From the NCBI GenBank assembly GCA_025060455.1, contig JANXBY010000019.1, forward strand, positions 1,492 to 65,491: 64,000 nt of DNA, written 5' to 3'. A program made the translations under genes and the position numbers. The DNA comes from Armatimonadota bacterium (GTDB lineage Bacteria > Sysuimicrobiota > Sysuimicrobiia > Sysuimicrobiales > Sysuimicrobiaceae). Position 1 is the stretch's first letter. Every line of letters begins with the position of its first letter. Positions 40,225-49,766 of the stretch are shown here, one piece after another. The notes under the pieces were generated by a model. It ran no database searches and was not told where the DNA came from. It saw nothing but the letters and a program-made list of their open reading frames with translations.

Positions 40225-41160
40225 GTGGAGCTGCAGAACCTCGAGGCGTTCCTCCAGGTGGCGCGGGAGCGGAGCTTCACCCGCGCGGCGGCGGCCCTGT
40301 TCCTGACCCAGCCCTCCGTCACCGCCCGCATTCAGGCGCTGGAGCAGGAGATCGGGCGGCCTCTGTTCGAGCGCCGGGGCCGCACCGTGCGGCTCACCGA
40401 GGCGGGCGAGGCGTTCCTGCCCTACGCCCAGCGGGCCCTGGAACTGATCCAGGAGGGCGCCACCGCGGCCCGTGAGACGGAAGGCAAGGGGACGGTGCTG
40501 GTGGGCGCCACGGTGTCCGCGGCCACGGCCATCCTGCCCGACCTCCTGGAGGCCTTCCGGCGCGACCGGCCAGGAGCCAGGGTGGTGGTGCGCTACGGCC
40601 ACTCCAACGAGGTAATGGAGATGCTGCGGGACGGGCTTGCGGACGTGGGCTTCGTGGTCCGCCCTCTCCACGAGCCCCTCATCACCGTGGAGCCCTTGGT
40701 GGCGGACGACATCGTGCTCCTCACGCCTCCTCGACACCCCCTGGGCAGCCGCCGGCGCCTGACGCCGAAGGACCTGGTAGGACACACCCTCATCTCCATG
40801 CAGTGGGGCGAGGGGTTCGAGGAGTTCGAACGGTGGATGCAGGAGGAGCTCGGGCTGAGATCCGCCATCGAGGTGGACGGGATCCCGCTGGGCGTCATCC
40901 TCATCTCCCGGGGGATGGGCGTGGGATTCGCCCCGCAGCGGTCGGTGGCGGCGTACGTGCGGGCCGGGATGGTACGGGTGCGGACCGTGCAGGAGCTACC
41001 CCACGTGCGGCGGGAGGTGTTTTTGGCCCTGCGCCGGGCGGCGCGGCTATCCGGCACCGTACAGGCCTTCGTGGACCTCGCGCGACGGCAGTTCCGCTCC
41101 TCCCCTGAGGGGGAACCCACCGTCCGCACCCGGCGCACCCCCTCTGCAACCTCCCGCTAG
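40225..41160 (+). CDS. LysR-family transcriptional regulator
   Basis: SFTRAAAALFLTQPSVTARIQALE...LFER...LTEAG HTH plus substrate-binding domain. Confidence 0.95.
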   Translation: MELQNLEAFLQVARERSFTRAAAALFLTQPSVTARIQALEQEIGRPLFERRGRTVRLTEAGEAFLPYAQRALELIQEGATAARETEGKGTVLVGATVSAATAILPDLLEAFRRDRPGARVVVRYGHSNEVMEMLRDGLADVGFVVRPLHEPLITVEPLVADDIVLLTPPRHPLGSRRRLTPKDLVGHTLISMQWGEGFEEFERWMQEELGLRSAIEVDGIPLGVILISRGMGVGFAPQRSVAAYVRAGMVRVRTVQELPHVRREVFLALRRAARLSGTVQAFVDLARRQFRSSPEGEPTVRTRRTPSATSR

Positions 41161-41239
41161 ACCGCCATCCCCAACCATGGCGCCAGCCGTTTCAGCTGTG
41201 GGTGGAGCGGCCGCAAGCCGCGGCCTCGTCCTCAGAAGG

Positions 41240-42138
41240 TCACAAGATCCGCTTTCCCAAAGCCGACGCCACAAGCTCCGTGGCCAGCCGGGCGGTGCGG
41301 TTGTGCTGGTCCAGGATGGGATTGACCTCCACCACGTCCAGGCAGACCAAGCAGCCCCAGTCTGCCACCAGCTCCATGGCCAGGTGTGCCTCCCGGTACG
41401 ACAGGCCGCCGGGGCAGGGGGCGGCCACCCCGGGTGCGTGGGCCGGGTCCACCACGTCCAAGTCCAGGCTCACGTGCAGGGGCCTCCTTCCACCGCTGGT
41501 CGCCCACTCCAGGGCACGCAGCATAACTTCCCCGATCCCCTGGCGGTCTACGTCCTTCATGGTGAACACACGCACCCCGCTTGCTTTCAGCAGCTCCCGC
41601 TCACCGGGTTGCAGCTGCCGGGTGCCCACCAGGGCGCACCGCTGCGGCACAAGCTTCGGCCCGAACCCTCCCACCCGCACCAGGACCGGAAGCCCGAGCC
41701 CCAGTAGACAGGCCAGGACCATGCCGTGCACGTTGCCCGACGCGACGTTTCAGGCGTGTTGAAGTCCCCGTGGGCGTCCAGCCACAGCAGGCCCACCTCG
41801 GGATGCTGCCGCACCACCGCCGCGAAACTGCCCAGGCTGAGGCTGTGGTCTCCGCCCACCACCAACGGGAGGGCACCCTGCCGCAGGGCTGAGCTCGTGG
41901 CCCGGTCCACCTCCTCACAGACCCGCACGATGGCGTCCGCGTAGCGGGCCCGGGGGTTTCCTTCCTCCAGCTGTTCGGGCACGGAGAAGCTCACGTTGCC
42001 CAGGTCGGTGACCCGACATCCGAGGCTTTCCAGCCCCGCCTGCAGGTGCGTGTACCGCACCGCGCTGGGGCCCATGTCGGTGCCCCTCCGGCCCGCACCC
42101 AGGTCCAGGGGAACGCCCACCAGGGCCACGTGGCTCAC
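41240..42138 (-). pseudogene. rocF: Arginase, split by a single frameshift near 41745
   Basis: GGDHS and DAHGDFNTPETS in one frame; GNVHGM, SLDLD and EVNP in another. Confidence 0.85.
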
Positions 42139-44156
42139 GGCCTCTCCCGGCGCAGGCCTGCGGAGGCCCCGCTAGTGCGCGGGGCAGTGGAACTGCGGCG
42201 TACTAGCTGGGCTGCGGCCGCCCCCGCCGCGGCCACAAGCCCCGCGGCGTCCAGCCACGGGTTGTGCAGGACCAGCACCACCGCGGCGCCCGCCAGCACC
42301 AGTCGTTCCAGCGGGTGAGCGGGCCCGAACAAGTAGCCCGCCACCGCCGCGGACAGGAACACGATCCCTGTGATCGCGGAGGCCACCGCCACCAGCTGGT
42401 CCGGCCACGAGCCGCTCAACAGGAGCAGCTCGGGGGAGTACACGAAGGCGAAGGGGACCAGGATGGCAGCCAGGGCGTGCCGCGTGGCCTCCAGACTTAC
42501 CGGGAACGGAGCGGTGCGGGCGATGCCCGCCGCCGCGTACGCCGCCAGGGCGTCGGGCGGGGTGAGGTCCGCGATGACGCCGTAGTAGAAGATGAACAGG
42601 TGGCCCGCGATCTGCGACACCGTGACACCCGGGGCTACCTCCGGTCCCTTAGCAGGCAGCAGGGCCTCGATGGCGGGCACCGCCAGGGCAGCCAGGATGA
42701 TGTAGGTGGCGGTGGTGGGGATACCCGAGCCGATGATGGTGCACGCCACCATGACCAGCACCAGGGTTAGGAACAGGTTGTGGCGGCCCAGCAAGGTGGT
42801 CACCGCGACCAGGGCGTTGCCGATGCCCGTGAGGGTCACCACGCCGATGATGACCCCGACCACTGCGCAAGCCAGGGCGACCGTGAGGGCGTTGCGGGCA
42901 CCGTACTCGAGCATGCCCCACAGGTCGCGGGGATACTCCCGCAGCCGGCGTTCGCGGGCGCACGTCACCAGGTGGACTGCCGCGGCCAGGGCGATGGCCA
43001 TGAACGCCGCCCGGGCGGGGGAGAAGCCCCGCACCAGGTACAACACCATGACCAGCAGGGGGATCACCAGGTACCACTTCCGCACCACGGTCCGCCGCAG
43101 GTCGGGGAGTTCGTCCCGCCGCAGCCCCCGCAGGTCCAGGCGTCTTGCCTCGAAGTGGATCACGAAGAACAGCGACACGAAGTACAGCAGGGCGGGGACG
43201 ACCGCCGCCTGGACCACCGTGAGGTACGGGACGCCCAAGAACTCCGCCATCACGAAGGCCGCGGCCCCCATCACCGGCGGCATGATCTGGCCTCCCACGG
43301 AGGTGGCTGCCTCCGCGGCCGCCGCGAACCGCGGGTGGTAGCCCAGGCGTTTCATCAGGGGGATGTTGAACACCCCGTCCGCCACCACGTTGGCCACGGA
43401 GGAACCCGACACTGTGCCCAGCAGAGCGCTGCTGAACACCGACACCTTCGCCGGGCCCCCGTGCATCCAGCCCGCCAGGGCCATGGCCACCTCCACGAAC
43501 AGCTGGCCCAGGCCGGTGCGTTCCAGGAACGCGCCCAGCAGCACGAACAGGAACACGTAGGTCGCCGAAACCCCCAGAGGGATGCCGAACACGCCCTCCG
43601 TGGTGTACCACATGTGCTCGATGACGCGCTCCACGGGGAACCGGCGAACGGCGAACAGACCCGGGATGTGCTCTCCTATGAAGGGGTAGGCCAGCAGCGC
43701 CGCGGCGATGAAGGGCAGCACCCCCATCACCCGCCGCCCCGCCTCCAGTACCAGGAGCACGCCCAGGGCGCCCACCAGGAGGTCGGTGCGGCCCAGCTGC
43801 CCCGCCTGAAGCATCAGGCGGTCGTGGTGCCACAGGAGGTAGCCCACGCAGAACAGGCCCGCCAACGCCAGGGCCGCGTCCCACCACCCGAAGAAGCTCT
43901 GGCCTGCGTGTCTGCGGCGCATGGGGTACAGGAGGAACACCAGGGTGAACACGAACCCCAGGTGGACGGCCCGCTGTTTGAGGGCCAGGAGGGTGCCGAA
44001 CCCCGCGGTGTATAGGTGAAACGCGGCCATCCCCACCGCCACCACGGCCGCGGCCGTGGCGAACGGCCCCGTCAGCCGGCGGTACCCGAACTCCGGGTCC
44101 GCGCTGGCCAGCAGCCGCTCGATCTCCTCCGGGCGCGGGGGTGGTTGCTGGGCCAT
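42135..44156 (-). CDS. TRAP transporter fused permease (4TM/12TM, TAXI-associated type)
   Basis: EGVFGIPLGVS, GSSVANV, GGQIMPPVMGAAAF, GIPTTATY and LTPP motifs. Confidence 0.93.
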   Translation of the reverse strand: MAQQPPPRPEEIERLLASADPEFGYRRLTGPFATAAAVVAVGMAAFHLYTAGFGTLLALKQRAVHLGFVFTLVFLLYPMRRRHAGQSFFGWWDAALALAGLFCVGYLLWHHDRLMLQAGQLGRTDLLVGALGVLLVLEAGRRVMGVLPFIAAALLAYPFIGEHIPGLFAVRRFPVERVIEHMWYTTEGVFGIPLGVSATYVFLFVLLGAFLERTGLGQLFVEVAMALAGWMHGGPAKVSVFSSALLGTVSGSSVANVVADGVFNIPLMKRLGYHPRFAAAAEAATSVGGQIMPPVMGAAAFVMAEFLGVPYLTVVQAAVVPALLYFVSLFFVIHFEARRLDLRGLRRDELPDLRRTVVRKWYLVIPLLVMVLYLVRGFSPARAAFMAIALAAAVHLVTCARERRLREYPRDLWGMLEYGARNALTVALACAVVGVIIGVVTLTGIGNALVAVTTLLGRHNLFLTLVLVMVACTIIGSGIPTTATYIILAALAVPAIEALLPAKGPEVAPGVTVSQIAGHLFIFYYGVIADLTPPDALAAYAAAGIARTAPFPVSLEATRHALAAILVPFAFVYSPELLLLSGSWPDQLVAVASAITGIVFLSAAVAGYLFGPAHPLERLVLAGAAVVLVLHNPWLDAAGLVAAAGAAAAQLVRRSSTAPRTSGASAGLRRERP

Positions 44157-44278
44157 CCCGTCTCCTCCGCTGGCTGGCTTTCGTGGTCCCCCACCCAGAT
44201 CCTCTCCGCACAGCTCAAGGAGGCCTGAGGGGGGACCGATTCGTATATTGGAGGTGGAAGCGTTTGAGGGGGAGGGTC

Positions 44279-45091
44279 ATGGCGCACCCGTACGGAGAAC
44301 AGGACCTGCGCTTCATCGCCACGACCCTGGCGGAGCGGCCGGAGCAGGTGGAGGTGCTCCTTGCCCAGCTGCGGCGGCCCGACTTCCTGGAGGTCGCCCT
44401 GGAGGACGGCCGGCTGGTGGAGCGGATTCGCACCGACCCCGACATCACCCTCAAGATCTCCCCCCGGCTGCTGTTCGCCGTCCTCCTGCGGCAGGTGGCC
44501 CGGGACGTCCGGCACGCCCGCTACACCATGGAGCGCGTGGGCCTCAAGGAGTCGGTCCCCATCTTCGACACCCCGCGCGTGAACCAGCTCCTGGATGACG
44601 AGGAGGTGCTGGACTACCTCAGCGCCATGCTGGCCTCCTTCGTGCGGACGGAGACGTACGTGGTGCACGTGTGGCACCGCGGCCGGCTGCACCGGCTGCG
44701 ATTCTCCGATCTCAGCATGGACGACATGGTGCGGCTGTTGAACCTGGTGGACGAGCCGTACCGATTCCCCCTCCTGCGGCGGATCGCGGACATCGCCCTG
44801 TTCGTCACGGGCTTGTTCCCCGGCTATGTGCTGTCGCGCGGGGCGTACGCGCGCGGCGTGCGGCCGGGACGGTTCCTGGGGTCGGAGTGGCGCAGCCTGG
44901 AGGAGTACGAGCAGCAGGGAGCCACCTTCTACCGGCTGGCGGCGGAGCACCGGGACGCGGCCGAGTACGGGCTCCGCAGGGTCCTGGAGCGGCTGTCGGA
45001 GGACTTCCCCGCGGCGCGCAAGCCGCTGTCCCTGCTGGCGGACCGGTACCTGCGCTGGCAGCACCTGCGCCTGTTCTGGCAGCTGCAGTAG
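44279..45091 (+). CDS. Hypothetical protein (all-helical appearance)
   Basis: Strong RBS (GGAGGG), host-like GC3 codon bias, RRIADIALFVTGLFP segment; no family recognised. Confidence 0.75.
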   Translation: MAHPYGEQDLRFIATTLAERPEQVEVLLAQLRRPDFLEVALEDGRLVERIRTDPDITLKISPRLLFAVLLRQVARDVRHARYTMERVGLKESVPIFDTPRVNQLLDDEEVLDYLSAMLASFVRTETYVVHVWHRGRLHRLRFSDLSMDDMVRLLNLVDEPYRFPLLRRIADIALFVTGLFPGYVLSRGAYARGVRPGRFLGSEWRSLEEYEQQGATFYRLAAEHRDAAEYGLRRVLERLSEDFPAARKPLSLLADRYLRWQHLRLFWQLQ

Positions 45092-45092
45092 C

Positions 45093-45698
45093 GTGCGCAT
45101 CTACGCCACCGCGGACCTGCACGGCCGCCCGGACCGAATCCAGGCGGTGCGGGAAGCCGTGCATCGGCTGCACCCGGAGGTGGTGATCCTGGCCGGCGAC
45201 CTCACCCACTCCGGACGCGGCCGCGAGGCCCTGGAGCTCCTGGAGCTTGCCGACGCCCTGGTCCTTGCTATTCCGGGCAATATGGATCCCTTCGACGTCG
45301 ACGAAGCCATCGTCCGCAGCCGGGCCCGCAACCCCCACCGGGGCGTGGTGGACTACCGCGGGGTCCGGTTCGGGGGGCTGGGGGAGGAGCCCACCGACGT
45401 ACTGGTGGTACACGAGCCGCCCCGGGGAGTGTTGGACCGCGCTTGGAACGGCGCCCACATCGGTTCTGGGGCGGTGCGGGACTACGTGGAGCGTCACCGG
45501 CCCCGGGTGGTGGTGTGCGGCCACGTGCACGAGTCGCCCGGCATCGCCCGTCTGGGCCCGACCACGGTGGTCAACTGCACCATGGGCAACGACCGGTACG
45601 TGGGCGCCCTCATCACCTGGCAGCTGCCGGAGCCCGCGGTGGAACTACTACCGCGGCCGTCCCCGCAGTCGCCCGGACGGGAAGGAGCTGGGGTGTAA
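45093..45698 (+). CDS. Calcineurin-like metallophosphoesterase
   Basis: DLHG, GDLT, GNMD, HEPP and GHVHE motifs. Confidence 0.9.
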   Translation: MRIYATADLHGRPDRIQAVREAVHRLHPEVVILAGDLTHSGRGREALELLELADALVLAIPGNMDPFDVDEAIVRSRARNPHRGVVDYRGVRFGGLGEEPTDVLVVHEPPRGVLDRAWNGAHIGSGAVRDYVERHRPRVVVCGHVHESPGIARLGPTTVVNCTMGNDRYVGALITWQLPEPAVELLPRPSPQSPGREGAGV

Positions 45699-45721
45699 GT
45701 TTCACATCCGGGGTCGATCCC

Positions 45722-46110
45722 GTGCAGGTGTACGAGTACCTGGCGTCTGCGCGGGCGCGCCTGTTCGATTGGGTCGCCCGGCTCACCGTGGACAAGTACG
45801 CCCGGAAGTTCCCCGTGGGCCACGGCAGCGTCCGGTCCACGCTCGTGCACGTGGCCGGGGCGGAGTGGGGCTGCGTGCGACGCCTGCGGGGTGAACCGGG
45901 GAACGGCCGTTTTTCCGATACGCGACGGAGCCATTTCCGCCCCTGCGGGAGGCGTGGGAGGTGCAGGCGGAGGAGACCCGGCGCGCCCTGCGTCCACCAC
46001 CGCGCCCAGGTCATGTTCATGCTGCAGCAGCTGGGCCAGCGCTCCCAGAACCTGGACTACTCCGCGCTCCGGTTCGAGGTGGAGGAGCTGGACCCGCAGG
46101 GAAGCACCTG
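45722..46110 (+). pseudogene. DinB/YfiT-family protein, eroded
   Basis: GSVRSTLVHVAGAEW and HHRAQVMFMLQQLG retained; middle scrambled and shortened; reading frame runs on into the convergent gene. Confidence 0.65.
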
Positions 46111-46542
46111 GCCGCGCGCCGCCTCCACGGCCACCCGCGCGCACAGGGAGCCGCAGCGGACGGCCTCCTCCAGGTCCTCCAGCTGGCCAAACCGCCAGGC
46201 CACGTAGTAGGTGGCGGAGGCCTCCTCCGGCGCGTCCGGAAGTCTTGGTACGTCCCGCAGCTCGGCCTCATACACCGCCATGTGCAGACGGTAGCCGGGG
46301 CGGTCCTGCACGCCGCGACCCAGGACGCGCCCCAGGCGGACCGGGCATCCCAGCTTCTGGAGGCCCACCCGCAGCGCCGCCGCCTCCTCGGTCTCCCCGG
46401 GCTGCAACGTGGCCGCGGGAAGCCCCCACACTCCGGGCAGCTCCTCGCCCGGTGTTTGCGGCCTGAGCACCAGCAGGACCCGCCGCGGGTCGCCGGGTGC
46501 GCGAACCAAAAGCGCCACCGACTGCTTGATGGGGTGGCCCAC
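46057..46542 (-). CDS. Nudix-fold protein with degenerate Nudix box
   Basis: VLLVLRP...PGVWGLPAATLQPGETEEAAALRVGLQKLG. Confidence 0.75.
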   Translation of the reverse strand: MGHPIKQSVALLVRAPGDPRRVLLVLRPQTPGEELPGVWGLPAATLQPGETEEAAALRVGLQKLGCPVRLGRVLGRGVQDRPGYRLHMAVYEAELRDVPRLPDAPEEASATYYVAWRFGQLEDLEEAVRCGSLCARVAVEAARGQVLPCGSSSSTSNRSAE

Positions 46543-46545
46543 GAG

Positions 46546-46559
46546 GCCAGTATACTGGC
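46546..46559. promoter_or_regulatory. Perfect 14 bp palindrome GCCAGTATACTGGC giving a TATACT -10 on both strands
   Basis: Lies in the 57 bp gap between divergent genes. Confidence 0.65.
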
Positions 46560-46599
46560 GCCAGGTGCCCGGGAAGGCAACGCCGCGGGGCGCGCGCAG

Positions 46600-46944
46600 A
46601 TGCTGCGGGTGACGTTCCTGTACTGGGAAGGCTGCCCCTCCCACGAGGAGGCCCTGGAGCGGGTGCGGGAGGCCATCCGGCTGGAAGACGTGCAGGCGTC
46701 CGTGGAGGTGGTCCGGGTGGACACGGAGGAGGACGCACAGCGGTGGAAGTTCCCGGGTTCGCCCACCATCCTCGTGGAGGGGGAGGACGTGGCGCCCCGG
46801 GAGGGCGTGCCCTCCCGGCTGACGTGCCGGGCGTACGTGCTCGAAGACGGCAGAATCTCGCCCTTGCCCAGCGTGGACCAGATCCGCTCGGCCCTCCGGC
46901 GGGCCAGGGCGATGCAAAGCATGACGCGGCGGGAGGAGGTGTGA
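46600..46944 (+). CDS. Small thioredoxin-fold protein (DUF2703/DF-family-like)
   Basis: LYWEGCPS, FPGSPTILVEG and CRAY motifs. Confidence 0.75.
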   Translation: MLRVTFLYWEGCPSHEEALERVREAIRLEDVQASVEVVRVDTEEDAQRWKFPGSPTILVEGEDVAPREGVPSRLTCRAYVLEDGRISPLPSVDQIRSALRRARAMQSMTRREEV

Positions 46945-46946
46945 AC

Positions 46947-47507
46947 GTGGCAAACCTGACCATCGGCGACCCGGCGATCCCCTTCCGGCTCCCGGGCGTG
47001 GACGGACGGGAGCACGGGCTGGACGACTACGCGGACCGACCCGCGGTGGTGGTGATCTTCAGCTGCAACCACTGCCCCTACGTGCGCGCGTGGGAGGACC
47101 GAATGGTAGCCATTCAGGCGGACTACGCGGCGCGCGGCGTGCAGTTCCTGGTGATCAGCAGCAACGACCCCGAGCAGTACCCGGAGGACAGCTTCGACCG
47201 GATGAAGGAGCGGGCCCGGGAGAAGGGGTACAACTTCCCGTACCTCTACGACGCCACCCAGGAGGTGGCCCGGGCGTACGGCGCACAGCGGACCCCGGAG
47301 GTGTTCGTGTTCGACCGGGATCGCCGGCTACGGTACCACGGGGCCATCGACGACAACTACGAGGACCCCAAGCGGGTGGGCCGGCACTACCTGCGCGAGG
47401 CCCTGGATGCGGTCCTGGAAGGCCGGCAGCCGGAGGTGACCGAGACGCCGCCTGTGGGCTGCACCATCAAGTGGCGCCGGGAGCCCGCCTCCCAGGCGGC
47501 GCGCTAG
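46947..47507 (+). CDS. AhpC/TSA-like thioredoxin family protein
   Basis: FSCNHCPYV, YPEDS, TPEVFVFD and VGCTIKW motifs; GGAGGAGG RBS. Confidence 0.9.
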   Translation: MANLTIGDPAIPFRLPGVDGREHGLDDYADRPAVVVIFSCNHCPYVRAWEDRMVAIQADYAARGVQFLVISSNDPEQYPEDSFDRMKERAREKGYNFPYLYDATQEVARAYGAQRTPEVFVFDRDRRLRYHGAIDDNYEDPKRVGRHYLREALDAVLEGRQPEVTETPPVGCTIKWRREPASQAAR

Positions 47508-48253
47508 CTCGGCTGCGTTCCCAGCAGCAGCTCCAGACCCTCCACCGCGCCGCACCGCAAGGACAGGTGGGCCAGGGGCGTGAGGGGCGTGGCCTCCGGG
47601 TTCACCTCCACCAGGTAGGCGCCGGCCCGTCGAGCCACCCTCCCCAGGGAGGCCGCGGGCTCCACCACCGCGCTGGTGCCCACCACCAGGGCCACCTCCG
47701 CAGCCTGGAAGGCCTCGTGCGCCACCCGGTACGCAGCCGCGGGCAGCAGTTCGCCGAACCAAACCACGTCCGGGCGCGCACGGGATCCGCACCGGGGACA
47801 GTGGGGCGGCGGGACGAACCGGTCCGGCGGCGGCAGCGCAAACCGCTCGCCGCACGCTTCACAGCGCGCGCGGTGCAGGGTGCCGTGCAGCTCCACCACC
47901 CGCTGCGAGCCCGCACGGCGGTGAAGGCCGTCCACGTTCTGCGTGACCAGGAGAAACCCGTCTCCCACCGCCCTTTCCAGGGCCACCAGGAGCTCGTGGG
48001 CGCGGTTGGGGGACGCCTCGCAGGCCATGCGGTACCTCCAGGCGTACCAAGCCCACACCCTGTGAGGGTCCCGCGCGTACGCTACGGGGGTTGCGAGCTC
48101 CTCCGGCCGGAACTCCTCCCACACCCCACCCGGCCCGCGAAAGGTGGGCAGGCCGGAGGCTGCGGAGATCCCGGCCCCCGTCAGCACAGCCACCCGCCGG
48201 GCTTGTGCCAGGCGTCCACGAGCTTCGTCCACCTGACCGCGCAACCCGCTCAC
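47504..48253 (-). CDS. cobB: NAD-dependent protein deacylase (sirtuin)
   Basis: TGAGISAASG, TQNVDGLH, HG, CxxC...CxxC, RPDVVWFGE and GTS motifs. Confidence 0.95.
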   Translation of the reverse strand: MSGLRGQVDEARGRLAQARRVAVLTGAGISAASGLPTFRGPGGVWEEFRPEELATPVAYARDPHRVWAWYAWRYRMACEASPNRAHELLVALERAVGDGFLLVTQNVDGLHRRAGSQRVVELHGTLHRARCEACGERFALPPPDRFVPPPHCPRCGSRARPDVVWFGELLPAAAYRVAHEAFQAAEVALVVGTSAVVEPAASLGRVARRAGAYLVEVNPEATPLTPLAHLSLRCGAVEGLELLLGTQPS

Positions 48254-48406
48254 CCGCCGGAACCTCCGCCTGCCCTGGAATCTGTACGCATCCCTTCCTA
48301 ACTTCTACCCGAGCCATAGCGGCTGCGGGGCGGCGTGTGGTGAACGCGCGCGGGAGGGATTGTGAACGTTGCGTGAAGGCTGCCGGTCCCCTACCCTGCC
48401 CTTGGG

Positions 48407-49762
48407 ATGGCGGGCTTCCAAAAGGGCCAGGAACTCCAGCTTCGCGTCGATCGGCTGTCCTACGGCGGGCGCGGGGTGGCCCGCGCGGACGGTTACGTGG
48501 TGTTCGTCCCCTACACGGCCCCCGGGGACATGGTGCGCGCCCGGCTGGTGCGCGCCAAACGCTCCTTCGGGGAGGCGGAGGTGGTGGAGGTCTTGCAGCC
48601 CTCCCCTGACCGGGTCCCGCCGCCGTGTCCGTACTTCGGCCGCTGCGGCGGCTGCACCTGGCAGCACCTGCGGTACGAGGCGCAGCTTTCGGCCAAGGAA
48701 CAGATCGTGCGGGAGAGCCTGGAACGCCTGGGCGGGTTGCGCCACCTGCCCCTGCGGCCCGTGGTGCCGGCCCCGTCGCCGTTCCACTACCGGAACAAGA
48801 TGGAGTTCGCGTTTCACCCCGAGGCCACCCTCGGCCTGCACTTGCGGGGCCACTTCGACCGCGTCCTTGAGATCGACGACTGCCTGCTGCCCTCCTCCAC
48901 CGCTGGCCAGCTGCTGCGGGAGGTAAAGGCCTTCGTCCGGGAGCGCGGCCTTCCGTGCTACGACCACCGCACCCGCCAGGGCCTGCTGCGCCACCTAGTG
49001 TACCGGGAGGGAGTGCGCACGGGCCAGGTTCTGGTGGGGGTGGTCACGGCTCCAGGTCCTTTCCCCGACGGCCCGGCCCTGGCCGAACACGTGGCACGGC
49101 GCTTTCCCCAGGTGCGGGGGGTGGTATGGGCGCAGTCGGGTGCGCTGTCCGATGCGGTAGTGGTAGACCGGCTGGAGGTGCTGTGGGGCGAAGCCACCAT
49201 CGAGGAGGAGTTGGGCGGGCTGCGCTTCCGCATCGGCCTGGAGACCTTCTTCCAGACCAACACGGACCAGGCCGACCGCATGGTCCAGCTGGCTCTGGAG
49301 ATGGCCGACCTGCGGGGAGGCGAGCGGGTGGTGGATCTCTACTGCGGGGTCGGCACCTTCACCCTGGCCTTCGCCCGGCACGCGGAGTTCGTGTGGGGCG
49401 TGGAGGTGGTCCCCGCGGCAGTGGAGGCAGCTCTGGAGAACGCGGCGCGCTGCGGTATGGGCAACGTGGAGTTCCTCCAGGGGGAGGTCCGGCACGTGCT
49501 GCCGCAGCTGGTGGCCCGGGTGGGCCGGCCAGATCTCGTGATCCTAGACCCTCCCCGCGCGGGGGCGGGCGGCAAAGTGATGCGGAAGGTGGGCCGGGCC
49601 GCCCCCCGGCGAGTGCTGTACGTGTCCTGCAACCCCACCACCCTGGCCCCCGACCTGAAGGAGCTGATCCCCTTCGGCTACCGGGTGGCGCTGGTGCAGC
49701 CGGTGGACCTGTTCCCGCAGACCTACCACGTGGAGAGCCTGGTGTTGTTGGAGCAGGCATAG
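48407..49762 (+). CDS. rlmD: 23S rRNA (uracil-5)-methyltransferase RlmD/RumA
   Basis: TRAM domain, CPYFGRCGGC, FFQTN, DLYCGVG, DPPRAG, YVSCNP and DLFPQTYHVE motifs. Confidence 0.93.
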   Translation: MAGFQKGQELQLRVDRLSYGGRGVARADGYVVFVPYTAPGDMVRARLVRAKRSFGEAEVVEVLQPSPDRVPPPCPYFGRCGGCTWQHLRYEAQLSAKEQIVRESLERLGGLRHLPLRPVVPAPSPFHYRNKMEFAFHPEATLGLHLRGHFDRVLEIDDCLLPSSTAGQLLREVKAFVRERGLPCYDHRTRQGLLRHLVYREGVRTGQVLVGVVTAPGPFPDGPALAEHVARRFPQVRGVVWAQSGALSDAVVVDRLEVLWGEATIEEELGGLRFRIGLETFFQTNTDQADRMVQLALEMADLRGGERVVDLYCGVGTFTLAFARHAEFVWGVEVVPAAVEAALENAARCGMGNVEFLQGEVRHVLPQLVARVGRPDLVILDPPRAGAGGKVMRKVGRAAPRRVLYVSCNPTTLAPDLKELIPFGYRVALVQPVDLFPQTYHVESLVLLEQA

Positions 49763-49766
49763 CCGC

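Noticed and set aside
46600-46944. Selenoprotein or stop-codon recoding in the small thioredoxin-fold gene
   Set aside because: The redox position is an ordinary TGC Cys and there is no in-frame TGA.
47504-48253. Sirtuin as an anti-phage SIR2 effector
   Set aside because: It is a canonical zinc-binding CobB-type deacylase with no defence partner genes.
48336-48380. Repeated GTGAA(C) words upstream of rlmD as a CRP/Rex-like site
   Set aside because: No matching inverted half-site (TCACA or TTCACAA) and irregular spacing.
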